Shown here: piece by piece, positions 1 to 10,704 of the stretch
Position numbering within the stretch: position 1 is the first letter of the stretch
Layout of the letters: each line of letters begins with the position of its first letter
Program-made: the position numbers and the translations under genes
Notes under the pieces: generated by a model
Database searches by the model: none
Seen by the model: the letters and a program-made list of their open reading frames with translations, nothing else
What the model was told of the DNA's origin: nothing
Assembly (NCBI GenBank): GCA_963842525.1
Contig: CAWJGT010000001.1
Location: 384,001-448,000, forward strand
Direction of reading: 5' to 3'
Source of the DNA: an uncultured Holophagales bacterium
GTDB lineage: Bacteria > Acidobacteriota > Thermoanaerobaculia > Multivoradales > UBA5704
DNA length: 64,000 bases

Positions 1-2
1 TG

Positions 3-569
3 GTGGGGAGCAGCCAGGCCAACCTGTTCGCCTCCATCTCGGCCGGCATCTGCGCCCTCTGGGGGCCGCTCCACGGCGGCGCCAACCAGGCGGTGATCGA
101 GATGCTGGAGCGCATCCGCCACGACGGCGGCGACTACAAGAAGTACGTGGACATGGCGAAGAGCAAGGACTCAGGCTTCCGCCTCATGGGCTTCGGGCAC
201 CGGGTCTACAAGAACTTCGACCCGCGGGCGCGCATCCTCAAGGAGACCGCCGACGAGGTGCTCGGCGAGCTCGGCATCCAGGACCCGCTGCTCGACATCG
301 CCAAGGCGCTGGAGGAGGTCGCACTGCGCGACGAGTTCTTCATCTCCCGCAAGCTCTACCCGAACGTCGACTTCTACAGCGGCATCATCTACCGGGCCAT
401 GGGCATCCCGACCAACATGTTCACGGTGATGTTCGCGCTCGGCCGGCTGCCGGGCTGGATCGCCCACTGGAAGGAGATGCGGGAAGATCCCAAGACCCGC
501 ATCAACCGCCCGCGCCAGATCTACGTCGGCGAGAGGCAGCGGCGGTTCGTGCCGCTCGAGGAACGGTAA
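3..569 (+). CDS. gltA: Citrate synthase, C-terminal part (5' truncated by window edge)
   Basis: Motifs [30 protein letters not shown] and [11 protein letters not shown]. Confidence 0.97.
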   Translation: MGSSQANLFASISAGICALWGPLHGGANQAVIEMLERIRHDGGDYKKYVDMAKSKDSGFRLMGFGHRVYKNFDPRARILKETADEVLGELGIQDPLLDIAKALEEVALRDEFFISRKLYPNVDFYSGIIYRAMGIPTNMFTVMFALGRLPGWIAHWKEMREDPKTRINRPRQIYVGERQRRFVPLEER

Positions 570-575
570 AGCGCC

Positions 576-962
576 CTATCCTCGGTGCACCATTCGGTGC
601 AGCTTGTCGTGGATCTTGTCGCGGAAGCCCTCGACGCGGTCCCAGATCCGGGGCCAGCGTTGCAGGAGCTGGCGCATCCAGCGGTGGGCGAGCTCGCTCG
701 CGACGGAGAGGATGGCGGCCCCGAGAAGGATGGTGACCACCCCTTGGATGCCGGGGAGCACCAGGCCGGCGACGCCCACCAGCAGCACCACCCAGCCCAC
801 CACCAGCACGATCATCCGCAGCCAGAAGGGCAAGGGGCGGTGCGGCTGCCGATCTTGCAGGCACAGTGCGCCTGCATCGAGGTCCGGCGCGGCTGCCGGG
901 AGCTGAGTCGAGGGCTCGGGGCGGCTTTCCTGTGCAGGCTCGGGGTACATAAGTCCAGGCAT
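576..962 (-). CDS. Small membrane protein, PGPGW-domain-like
   Basis: Hydrophobic hairpin GWVVLLVGVAGLVLPGIQGVVTILLGAAILS followed by a basic helix; start could be 950. Confidence 0.6.
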   Translation of the reverse strand: MPGLMYPEPAQESRPEPSTQLPAAAPDLDAGALCLQDRQPHRPLPFWLRMIVLVVGWVVLLVGVAGLVLPGIQGVVTILLGAAILSVASELAHRWMRQLLQRWPRIWDRVEGFRDKIHDKLHRMVHRG

Positions 963-1022
963 CGACAGGCCCTCTTTCTACGCTCTGAAACCTCTGCAGG
1001 TTCCATTCCTCTTCCCGGTCAG

Positions 1023-1052
1023 TTGACAAACAGGACCGAGGCGGTCCAGAAT
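1023..1052 (+). promoter_or_regulatory. Putative sigma70 promoter of the fur operon
   Basis: TTGACA (1023-1028), 18-nt spacer, CAGAAT (1047-1052). Confidence 0.55.
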
Positions 1053-1062
1053 ATCTCTCGAT

Positions 1063-1079
1063 TTGAGATTACTTCTCAA
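1063..1079. promoter_or_regulatory. Putative Fur box
   Basis: AT-rich inverted repeat TTGAGA-TTACT-TCTCAA resembling the 7-1-7 TGAGAATnATTCTCA Fur operator, between the promoter and the fur start. Confidence 0.7.
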
Positions 1080-1106
1080 TAAAGGCTCCCGTGCCCGAGG
1101 GACATC

Positions 1107-1604
1107 ATGGCAGATGATCGCGAGAAGCAGAAGTTCCTCCAGTACCTCAGGGAAAGAGGCCATCGCGTCACCTCCGAGCGCCTGGTCCTCTTCGACGAGA
1201 TCTTCTCGCAACACGGCCATATCGATGCCGAAGAGCTGCTGCGCGGCATGAGGTCGCGCTCCCTGAAGATCTCGCGTGCCACCGTCTACCGCAACCTGGA
1301 CCTGCTGGTCGCGTGCGGCCTCGTCCGCAAGCAGCGCCTGGGCCGCGACCGCTATCTCTACGAGCATGTCCACACCGGACAGCGGCACGACCATCTCGTG
1401 TGCACCGGATGCGGGCGTGTGGTGGAGTTCGTGAGCCCGGGGATCGCCGCGCTCCAGGTGGAGATCTGCCGAGCGCACGGGTTCCTCCCTGCCCGTTCAA
1501 CCCTGCAGATCAGCGGCCTCTGCAACGAATGTGCGAAGGAGCCGAGCGTGACCGGACAGACCACTGCGGCAAGAGAGGCGAGAGAGCGGGTGGCGCATGT
1601 TTGA
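1107..1604 (+). CDS. fur: Fur-family transcriptional regulator
   Basis: ISRATVYRNLDLL helix-turn-helix, HDHLVCTGCG, C-terminal GLCNEC. Confidence 0.93.
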   Translation: MADDREKQKFLQYLRERGHRVTSERLVLFDEIFSQHGHIDAEELLRGMRSRSLKISRATVYRNLDLLVACGLVRKQRLGRDRYLYEHVHTGQRHDHLVCTGCGRVVEFVSPGIAALQVEICRAHGFLPARSTLQISGLCNECAKEPSVTGQTTAAREARERVAHV

Positions 1605-2892
1605 AGCTCTGGTGGTGACGCTCCGCGAGGGTGTCGAAGCGGCCCTGGTGGTGGGCATCATCGTGGCCTTTCTGCGCCGGGAGGGGGGCGACCGCTACCT
1701 GGGCGCCGTCTGGTCCGGCATCGCCGTCGCGACCGTGGCGAGCCTGGCCGGCGCATGGCTCCTCTACCGGTGGGCGGTCAACGAGGAGGCCTTCGAGGGG
1801 ATCCTCTACATGGGCTCGGCGGTCATCGTCGGCTCGATGATGATCTGGATGTGGCGGCATGCCCGTTCGCTGTCCGGCGAGATGAAGGGCTCCCTCGGTC
1901 GCATCCTCGGCCGCGAGCGGGCCGGCTCGGTCTGTGCAGGCCTCTTTCTCTTCACCTTCCTCATGGTCTTCCGCGAGGGCGTGGAGACGGTGCTCTTCCT
2001 CGCCGCCCTGTCGCTCACGACCTCGGGCCTGCTGGCCAGCCTGGGCGTGCTGATCGGTCTGGCGGCGGCCGTGGCGTTCGGCGTCTTCTTCGTGCGTGGG
2101 AGCCTGCGGATCGACCTCGGGCGTTTCTTCAAGATCACCGGCATCGCGCTGGCGATCTTCCTCGTCCAGCTCCTGGTCAACGGCTATCACGAGCTCTCCG
2201 AGGCGGGCTGGCTGCCGGCCAACGAGACGACCATGGCCACGGTCGGCCCGCTGGTGCGCAACCAGGTCTTCTTCATCGCCGCCGTCCTGATCCTGCCGCT
2301 GCTGCTCCTCCTCGTCCCCGGTACGGCGCGGCCGGCTTCGATCAAGCCGGACGGTACGGCGCAGGTCCGGCTGGACCGGGCGCTCGCCCAGCGCCAGGCG
2401 CGTGCCCGGATGCTGGGCGGTGTGCTCGGGGTCATCATCCTGGCGATCCTCGGCTTCGGGTTCGTCTATGCCCGGCCGCCGGCGACGCTCTCGCCTGCGC
2501 AGCCGGTCGCGGTCGGTGCGGACGGCCGGGTGCGCATCCCTCTCTCGACCTTCCAGGGGGCGCGGCTCCAGCGGTTCTCGGCCCTGGTGGACGGCCACCC
2601 GGTGCGCTTCATCGCCGTTCCGGTGGAGGAGGGCGGACCGATCGCCACCGCGTTCGACGCCTGCGACATCTGCGGGCCGCGCGGGTACTACCAGGACGGC
2701 CCTTCGATCACATGTTTCCACTGCGGCTCGGCCATCTTTCCGCCCAGCATCGGCCAGATGGGGGGCTGCAACCCGGCGCCGCTGCCCTCGCGCATCGAGG
2801 GGGACGCGCTCGTCATCACGGCCTCGGACCTGGCGGCAGGAGCGCCGCGGTTCGCGGACGGGGCGGCCGACCATACGGGGCACTCCGGGTAG
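1597..2892 (+). CDS. FTR1-family iron permease fused to a C-terminal DUF2318 (Cys-rich, putative Fe-S) domain
   Basis: Two RExxE motifs (LREGVEA, FREGVET), multiple TM helices; C-terminal FDACDICG...CFHCG...GGCNP. Confidence 0.88.
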   Translation: MFEALVVTLREGVEAALVVGIIVAFLRREGGDRYLGAVWSGIAVATVASLAGAWLLYRWAVNEEAFEGILYMGSAVIVGSMMIWMWRHARSLSGEMKGSLGRILGRERAGSVCAGLFLFTFLMVFREGVETVLFLAALSLTTSGLLASLGVLIGLAAAVAFGVFFVRGSLRIDLGRFFKITGIALAIFLVQLLVNGYHELSEAGWLPANETTMATVGPLVRNQVFFIAAVLILPLLLLLVPGTARPASIKPDGTAQVRLDRALAQRQARARMLGGVLGVIILAILGFGFVYARPPATLSPAQPVAVGADGRVRIPLSTFQGARLQRFSALVDGHPVRFIAVPVEEGGPIATAFDACDICGPRGYYQDGPSITCFHCGSAIFPPSIGQMGGCNPAPLPSRIEGDALVITASDLAAGAPRFADGAADHTGHSG

Positions 2893-2899
2893 GTCCGCC

Positions 2900-4123
2900 A
2901 TGTATGCCCGCCTGCTGCTCGAATCGTTGCGCCGCGGCACCCGCCGGAAGCTCCTGGCCGTTTCCGCTGTAGCGCTCGGCACGCTGGGCGCGACGGCTCT
3001 GGCCGAGGTGATGCTCTCTTCGGGAGACCGGATGGCGGCCGAGTTGAGCTCCTACGGGGCCAACCTGGAGGTCCTCCCCGCCGACGGCCGCGGCACGCTG
3101 GCGGTCGCGGACCTCGGCCGCCTCCGTAAAATCTTCTGGCGCAACAACATCGTCGCGTTCGCGCCGCTCTATCCGTTGCGTGTGCGGCTGGCTCCCGAAG
3201 GGCTCGTGGCCCCGCTGGTCGGCACCTGGTTCGACCGCGAGGTGGAATCAGGCTGGCGCACGGGCCTGCCGCGGGTGAGGCCGACCCTGCGGCTCGAGGG
3301 GCGCTGGCCATCCGATGACCGGGACGAGCGGGCCGAGGTGGTGCTGGGGCGCCGCCTCGCCGAGCGGCTCGGGCTGAAGACGGGCGACGAGCTGACGGCG
3401 GCCCTGGGGTCCACGGAGGAGCGGCTGCGGGTGGTCGGGATCGTGGCGAGCGGCGGCGAGGAGGACGAGCAGGCCTTCGCGCCGATCGAGCGCGTGCAGC
3501 GGCTTGCCGGGCGGCCGGGGCGCTTCGTCCGCGGCGAGGTCTTCGCCTTGACCAACCCCGAGGCGGCGAACAGGCGCGATCCGCGGCGGATGAGCCCTGA
3601 GGAGTACGAGGCCTGGTATTGCACGGCCTATCCATCCTCGATCGCGTTCCAGATCGACGAGGCCGTCCCCGGCGGGCGGACGCGGATCGTCTACGGCATC
3701 ACCACGGCCACGGCGGAGGTCCTCGGCCGCCTGCAAGGCGTGCTGCTCGCCCTGGCCGCGGTGGCGCTGCTGGGAGCCGCGGTCGGAGTCACGGCCGCCA
3801 TGACGGCCACGGTCCTGGAGCGGCGGCTGGAGGCGGGCCTGATGGTCGCCCTCGGGGCGCCGCGCGCCCACGTGGTGCTGTTCTTCCTCAGCGAGGCCGC
3901 GGCGCTCGGGCTGCTCGGCGGCCTCGCCGGCGGCGCGGCCGGCCTGGTCGGCGGCCGGCTGCTGGGCAGCGGGGCCCTGGGCATCGCCGTGCCCTGGATG
4001 CCGCAGCTCCTGCCGTTCGCCGCGCTGCTCGGTCTGGCGGTGGCCGTCCTGTCCAGTATCGCTCCCGTGCTGCGCGCCCTGGAACGCTATCCCGCGGACA
4101 TCCTCAAGAGGGCCGCGGCCTGA
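2900..4123 (+). CDS. ABC transporter permease, FtsX/MacB family
   Basis: ATG at 2900 (MYARLLLESLRR); ELSSYGANL; periplasmic domain; ERRLEAGLMVALGA followed by three TM helices. Confidence 0.88.
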   Translation: MYARLLLESLRRGTRRKLLAVSAVALGTLGATALAEVMLSSGDRMAAELSSYGANLEVLPADGRGTLAVADLGRLRKIFWRNNIVAFAPLYPLRVRLAPEGLVAPLVGTWFDREVESGWRTGLPRVRPTLRLEGRWPSDDRDERAEVVLGRRLAERLGLKTGDELTAALGSTEERLRVVGIVASGGEEDEQAFAPIERVQRLAGRPGRFVRGEVFALTNPEAANRRDPRRMSPEEYEAWYCTAYPSSIAFQIDEAVPGGRTRIVYGITTATAEVLGRLQGVLLALAAVALLGAAVGVTAAMTATVLERRLEAGLMVALGAPRAHVVLFFLSEAAALGLLGGLAGGAAGLVGGRLLGSGALGIAVPWMPQLLPFAALLGLAVAVLSSIAPVLRALERYPADILKRAAA

Positions 4124-4938
4124 TGGTCGCCCGGCTCGTCTTCGCCAGCCTGCGCCGGCGGTTCCGCCAGCTCGCGCTGATCCTCGCCGCGGTCGCGGTG
4201 GCCGCGGCCACCGTCGCCGCTCTGGCCGGCTTCTCGGCCCGGGCCCACGGTCGGTTCGGCGAGAGCCTGTCGGCCTTCGGAGCCAATCTGATGGTCCGGC
4301 CGCAGATCGGGGGTCTGGAGAAGATCCCGCGCGAAGTGGTCGAGAGGGTGCGGGCCGTCCCGGGGGTGCAGACGGCGACGGGCTCCCCGGAGGCGAGGAA
4401 CGTCCAGGGCTTCGATCGCATCGAGGTGCGGGCCGCGCCGGACCGGCTGGAAGAGATCGAGCGCGCCATCGAGAGCAAGGTCGAAGGGGTCGAGGCCCGG
4501 CGAATCCTGCGGGTCAGTGAATCGGACGCCCGCGTGACCCGGAGGCTGATGCTGCTGCTGGTCGCGGTGAGCGCCGTCTCCCTGCTGCTTGCGCTCCTCT
4601 CCGTGGGCGCCGCGACCACGGCCCTGGTGGGGGAGCGGCGCGTCGAAATCGGCCTGCTGATGGCGCTCGGATACACGGGCCGCAGGGTGGCGCAGCTGTT
4701 CGCGGCCGAGCTGCTCGTAGCGGCCCTCGTGGCGGGGCTTGCGGGGCAGCTCCTGGGAGAGCTCGCGGCGAGCGGCCTGGCGCGCCGGGTGCTCGGCACG
4801 ACCGGCTCCCTCTCGCTCACCTGGAGCGGCTTCGCGGCGGCGGCCACGGTGGCCGTGCTGGTCGTCGGCACGTCGATGCTCCTCGCGCTCCGCCGGGTCG
4901 AGCGGCTGGACGCGGCCCGGGTGCTGCGAGGGGAGTGA
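4123..4938 (+). CDS. Second FtsX/MacB-family permease with shortened periplasmic domain
   Basis: TGATG overlap with upstream stop; SLSAFGANL; ERRVEIGLLMALG; ends VLRGE. Confidence 0.85.
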   Translation: MVARLVFASLRRRFRQLALILAAVAVAAATVAALAGFSARAHGRFGESLSAFGANLMVRPQIGGLEKIPREVVERVRAVPGVQTATGSPEARNVQGFDRIEVRAAPDRLEEIERAIESKVEGVEARRILRVSESDARVTRRLMLLLVAVSAVSLLLALLSVGAATTALVGERRVEIGLLMALGYTGRRVAQLFAAELLVAALVAGLAGQLLGELAASGLARRVLGTTGSLSLTWSGFAAAATVAVLVVGTSMLLALRRVERLDAARVLRGE

Positions 4939-4945
4939 GGCCGCC

Positions 4946-6000
<1,055 letters not shown>

Positions 6001-6004
<4 letters not shown>

Positions 6005-7074
6005 GGACCTCACCATTCCTCGCTGCCACGCTTCTCCTGGCCGCCTGCGCCTCGCCTCCGCTCCCGCGGCTGGACGAGAGTGCGGGCCTCGTCGAGCGCC
6101 GTCTCTCAATGATGGGCACCTCGCTCGACGTAGCCGTCGAGGCAAGGGACCGGGAGACGGCCCTGGCGGCGAGCGAGCGGGCGGTTGCGGCCCTCGAGGC
6201 TGCCGAGGCGCGGCTGTCCACATGGCGGGACGATACGGAGCTGGCCCGTCTCAACCGGGCCCCGGCCGGGGAGCGGGTCGCGCTCTCGCCGGAGCTGGCG
6301 GCCGATCTCACCGCGGCCCGGAGCTGCTGGATGGAGACGGACGGCGCCTTCGATCCCGCGGTCGGTCCCCTGGTCCGTGCCTGGGGGCTGCGCACCGGGG
6401 GCCGGCTGCCCGATCCCGAGGAGCTGCGCCGCGCCTTGGCCGCGACCGGGCTGGACGGGCTCCGCCTGGAACCGGGGGCCGCGGTCCGCGAACGGCCTGG
6501 CCTGGTCCTGGAGGAGGGAGGCTTCGGCAAGGGGGCGGGCCTCGCCGCGGCGCTCGCGGCGCTCGCGGGAACTCCTGGAATCTCGCGGGTTGCGCTCGAC
6601 CTGGGCGGACAGGTCGCGGTCCTCTCCCAGACGGGCGAGCCCTGGGCGGTCCCGGTGGCCGATCCGCGGCGCCGCGACCTCTCCGTGATCGAGCTGTCGA
6701 TCGGCCGCGGCTCGGTCTCGACCTCGGGCAACAGCGAGCGGGGGATCGTGGCCGGCGGCGAGCGCCTCGGCCACCTCCTCGACCCGCGGACCGGCCGGCC
6801 GGCCCCCGACTTCGGGAGCCTCACGGTCTGGGCGGTCGATCCCCTGCTGGCGGACTGCCTGTCGACCGGCCTCTATGTGATGGGCCCGGAGGCGGCGCTC
6901 GCCTGGGCGGCCCGGCATCCGGGCATCGAGGTGCTGGTGCTCCGTCCCCGGGGCGAGCGGCTCGAAGCGCTGGCCACCCCGGGCCTGGAAGGAAAGATGC
7001 GGGCCTTGGCCACGGAGGTCGACGTCCGATTCTGGAGCAGGGAGGAGCCCTCGCCGGAACGCCTGGGAGGGTGA
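6001..7074 (+). CDS. apbE: FAD:protein FMN transferase (ApbE/Ftp), lipoprotein
   Basis: Lipobox LAAC; MMGT; TDGAFDPAVGPLVRAWG; GGFGKG; VSTSGNSER; HLLDPRTG; ADCLSTGLYVMG. Confidence 0.92.
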
Positions 7075-7172
7075 ATGACAACCGAGGGCGGCGGGTCGCG
7101 GCGCCAACCGGATCGGCCCGCCGTCCTCTCGACCGCGTGGCGCGTCAACGCCGCGCAGCAAGGAGACTGTAC

Positions 7173-8531
7173 ATGACTTCGTCCCGATGGGGGGTCGTCT
7201 GGGTGTTGGTGCTGCTGTTCTGCCTGCCGGCCATGCCGGTGCTCGGGCAGTCGCAGGAGGAGCGGATCCAGCAGCTCGAGCGGGAGGTCGAGGCCCTGCG
7301 GGGCCAGGTAGCCGCCATGAAGAGCGGAGGAGGCCAGGAGGACGATGCCCGGCTCACCGAGCTCGAGCGCCGGATCGAGGTCCTCGCCGGCGAGATCGAG
7401 CGTCTGCGGATCGGCGAGGCGGCGGCGACCGCCGACACCAGCCAGTACGGTTTCGGCCCGGCGGCCTCCAAGGTCTACCGGACCGAGCGGGGCCTGTCGA
7501 TCGGCGGCTACGGCGAGCTGCTCTACCAGAATTTCGACGACGAGCGCGACGACGGGGCGCCCTCCGGCAAAACTGACACCTTCGATCTCCTGCGCGGGGT
7601 CGTCTACTTCGGTTACAAGTTCGACGACCGCTGGCTGCTCAACACGGAGGTCGAGTACGAGCACGCCGGCAGCGAGGTGTCGGTCGAGTTCGCCTATGTC
7701 GACTTCCTCTGGCGCCCGCAGGCGGGCTTCCGGGCCGGCCTGCTGCTGGTGCCCATGGGCTTCCTCAACGAGCTCCACGAGCCCACCGTCTTCCTCGGGG
7801 CCATGCGCCCCGACATCGAGAACGTCATCCTGCCGACCACCTGGAGGGAGAACGGCCTCGGGCTCTTCGGAGACTTGGGTCCCTTCACGTACCGCACCTA
7901 TATCGTCAACGGCTTCCGGGGCGCTGGCTTTACGGCCGGCGGCCTGCGCGGGGGGCGGCAGAAGGGCAATCAGGCCAAGGCCGAGGACTTCGCCTGGGTC
8001 GGCCGGCTCGATTTCACCGGGATGCCCGGCCTGCTGGCCGGCGGCTCGGCCTACGTGGGCGACTCGGGGCAGGATCTGAAGACGCCGGCGGGGCGCGATG
8101 TTGCGGTCGGGACCAAAATCCTCGAAGGGCATCTCGAATATCGATGGCGCGGGCTGGAATTCCGCGCTCTGGGCGTCCAGGCCGAGCTCGACGACGTCGC
8201 GGACCTGAACGCGGCGCTCGGGCTGACCGGGAGCGCCTCCGTGGGCGAGCGGCTTTCGGGCTGGTACCTGCAGCTCGGCTACGACCTGCTCGCCGGCCGC
8301 GGTGGACAGACGTCGTTCATCCCTTATGCGCGCTGGGAGAGCTACAACACCCAGCACGAAGTACCTGCGGGCTTCCGCGCCAACCGCGCCAACGACGTCG
8401 AGAGCCTCACCCTCGGCCTCGCCTTCAAACCGATCGACCAGCTCATCCTGAAAGTCGATCATCAGAATTACGACAACATGGCGGGGACCGGGACCGATCA
8501 ATTCAATGTCCTGTTCGGCTTCATCTTCTGA
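7173..8531 (+). CDS. Outer-membrane beta-barrel porin-like protein with N-terminal coiled coil
   Basis: Signal peptide, coiled coil, SIGGYGEL...YFGYKF...EVEYEH...VEFAYVDF, C-terminal Phe (FGFIF). Confidence 0.8.
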   Translation: MTSSRWGVVWVLVLLFCLPAMPVLGQSQEERIQQLEREVEALRGQVAAMKSGGGQEDDARLTELERRIEVLAGEIERLRIGEAAATADTSQYGFGPAASKVYRTERGLSIGGYGELLYQNFDDERDDGAPSGKTDTFDLLRGVVYFGYKFDDRWLLNTEVEYEHAGSEVSVEFAYVDFLWRPQAGFRAGLLLVPMGFLNELHEPTVFLGAMRPDIENVILPTTWRENGLGLFGDLGPFTYRTYIVNGFRGAGFTAGGLRGGRQKGNQAKAEDFAWVGRLDFTGMPGLLAGGSAYVGDSGQDLKTPAGRDVAVGTKILEGHLEYRWRGLEFRALGVQAELDDVADLNAALGLTGSASVGERLSGWYLQLGYDLLAGRGGQTSFIPYARWESYNTQHEVPAGFRANRANDVESLTLGLAFKPIDQLILKVDHQNYDNMAGTGTDQFNVLFGFIF

Positions 8532-9096
8532 GGCTTCCGAGCGTGGGGGTAGGGGCGCCTTCGGGCGCCTCTCCCTGCTGCTTGCCCTGCTCGGCTCGCT
8601 CGCCGTTCCCGGTGCAGCCAAGGTCTTCCTGTCCGTCGACGAGGCGCTGCGGCTCGCCTTTCCGGGGGCGAAGGTCGAGCGGCGCACCGCCTACCTCACG
8701 GCCGAGCAACTGCGGCGCGCCCGCGAGCTGGCGGGCGTCGAGGTGCCGAGCGCGCTGGCCACCTACTACGCCGCCGTGCGCGACGGCAAGCCCGCCGGCA
8801 CGGCCTGGTTCAACACCCACCGCGTGCGCACCCTGCCGGAGAACCTGATGATCGTCGTCGACCCCCAGGGCCGGGTGGCGCGCGTCGAGGTCATCTCCTT
8901 CCGGGAGCCCGAGGAGTACATGCCGCGGGGGGCCTGGTACGACCAGTTCCGGGGCAAGGGTCTGGAGCCGGACCTGCGGCTCAAGCGGGCCATCCGGCCG
9001 GTGACCGGAGCCACCTTGACGGCCCGGGCCACGACGGACGCCGTCCGGCGCGTGCTCGCGCTCCACCGAACGGTCCTGGGGACGGGAGTCCCGTGA
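8506..9096 (+). CDS. Periplasmic FMN-binding (flavinylated) protein
   Basis: Signal-like N-terminus; flavinylation motif VTGATLTA near the C-terminus; close to apbE. Confidence 0.85.
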   Translation: MSCSASSSEASERGGRGAFGRLSLLLALLGSLAVPGAAKVFLSVDEALRLAFPGAKVERRTAYLTAEQLRRARELAGVEVPSALATYYAAVRDGKPAGTAWFNTHRVRTLPENLMIVVDPQGRVARVEVISFREPEEYMPRGAWYDQFRGKGLEPDLRLKRAIRPVTGATLTARATTDAVRRVLALHRTVLGTGVP

Positions 9097-9524
9097 GCCG
9101 TTTCGAGGCCCTGCTCCTCCACCTTTCGACCGCGTTGGTCGGCGGCACCGGCCTGGTCTACGCCTGGATGATCTATCTCGTCCGTCCGTCCGATCCGTAC
9201 GCAGTGGTCAACCACGCGTGGCAGCCTCATCTCCAGCACCTGCACATCCTCGTCGCGCCGCTGCTGGTGTTCGCCGCCGGCCTCGTCTGGAAACGGCACA
9301 TCTGGGCCGGCGTGACGTCGGGAGCCGGGCAGAGCCGCCGCACCGGCCTGGCCCTTGCCCTGGCATTCGTGCCGATGGCGGCCTCCGGCTACCTCCTCCA
9401 GACTGCGGTGGAGCCGGGCTGGAGGAAGGCCTGGATGATCGTCCACCTGGCGGCGTCCACGCTCTGGCTGCTCGGCTATCTCGCCCACGGCATCCAGGCG
9501 TGGTGGGGGCGGGAGACGCCCTGA
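9093..9524 (+). CDS. His-rich multi-TM protein, putative b-type cytochrome
   Basis: TM helices with spaced His residues (LHIL...RHIW; VHLAAS...LAHG); coupled to the FMN-binding gene. Confidence 0.6.
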   Translation: MSRFEALLLHLSTALVGGTGLVYAWMIYLVRPSDPYAVVNHAWQPHLQHLHILVAPLLVFAAGLVWKRHIWAGVTSGAGQSRRTGLALALAFVPMAASGYLLQTAVEPGWRKAWMIVHLAASTLWLLGYLAHGIQAWWGRETP

Positions 9525-9555
9525 CGGCTGTGGCGGGTGGTGGACCAGGGCGTCT

Positions 9556-10569
9556 TTATTTTTTCGGCACCTCGCCCCAGCGGTGCTCCACCTGGAGCGG
9601 CTCGCCGGTGCCGGTGCCGAGGAACCAGAGGACCGAGGGGTTCGGCCGCACCGACCCGATCCGCAGCTCTCCTTCGCCGGGTCCGGTGATCGTGAGCGTG
9701 GCGGCCAGGCCTTGGGCGTCGGCGGCCATGTCGGTGACCGCGAGCGTGGCCACAACTCCCTGTGCGGGCTTGCCGGTCCGCTGGCTCACGTAGGGTGCGA
9801 AGGTTTCGCCCGCCACCCGCAGCGGACGCTCCGCCGCGACCGCGATGGCGAGGGCGCGGTCGCGCAGCAGGACACGGCCCGGAGGCTGGGTCATCCCGGG
9901 CAGCTTCGGCAGGTTGACGCGCCACCCCTTCCCGTCGAGCCCGGCGCCGATGCCCCGGTAGACGTTTCCCAACTGCACGAAGGCGTTGCCGGCTCCTTGC
10001 CGGCGCAGGATCTCGACGGCCCGGTCGACCGCCAGCCCCTCGGCGAACCCCCAGAGGTCCAGAGCGCTCCCGGCAGCCAGAGCTGCGGTGCGATTGCCGG
10101 GGTCCAGCCGCAGCCGGCCGCACGCGGCCGCATCCACGGCGCGCTGGAGGGCCTCGGGGTCCTGGAGCGGCGGTTTCTCGACAGAGGACCGCAGGCCCCA
10201 CAGGCGGTAGAGGTCCCGGCCGAGCGGACCGTGCGCCTGCTCCGACCACTGGCAGAAGCCGAGCGTGCGCTCGAGCGCCGCGAACAGGAGAGGATCGACC
10301 TCTGTGGGCCTTGGCCGGCGGCGGCGTTCAGGGCGGCCAGGCCGGCGCCGGCACGGTGCGGGTCGGCCTCCGGGTCGATCAGGGTCTCGTACGCGGTTAC
10401 TTCGTCAAGGGCCGCCTGGACGGCTTCGCTGGCCCTGTCACGGGAGAGGTCGCGGACCTCGATTTCGAGGGGCTGTTGGAATGCGGAACCGGCAATGCGG
10501 AGCGGCTCGACGGCGGAAGGCCGCCGCGGTTTCCGCCGCGAGCAGGAGCGTGACAACGAGGTGGAGCAT
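9556..10569 (-). CDS. apbE: Second ApbE-family flavin transferase, split by frameshifts
   Basis: Joined ORFs 10438-10626 (signal MLHLVVTLLLAA), 9891-10556 and 9556-10137; LDLWGFAEGLAVDRA; ADAQGLAATL. Confidence 0.7.
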
Positions 10570-10704
10570 GGAGGAATGATAAAGGGTCAGCCCCGGCCCG
10601 TGCCGCCGTCGCGCACCAGGAAACACTCAATGACGGCGCAATCGCAGAGCAACAGCTCCCTCCAGGCTGCCCGAAGGGTCTTCCCCCAAGGCAGCTTCTT
10701 TTTT

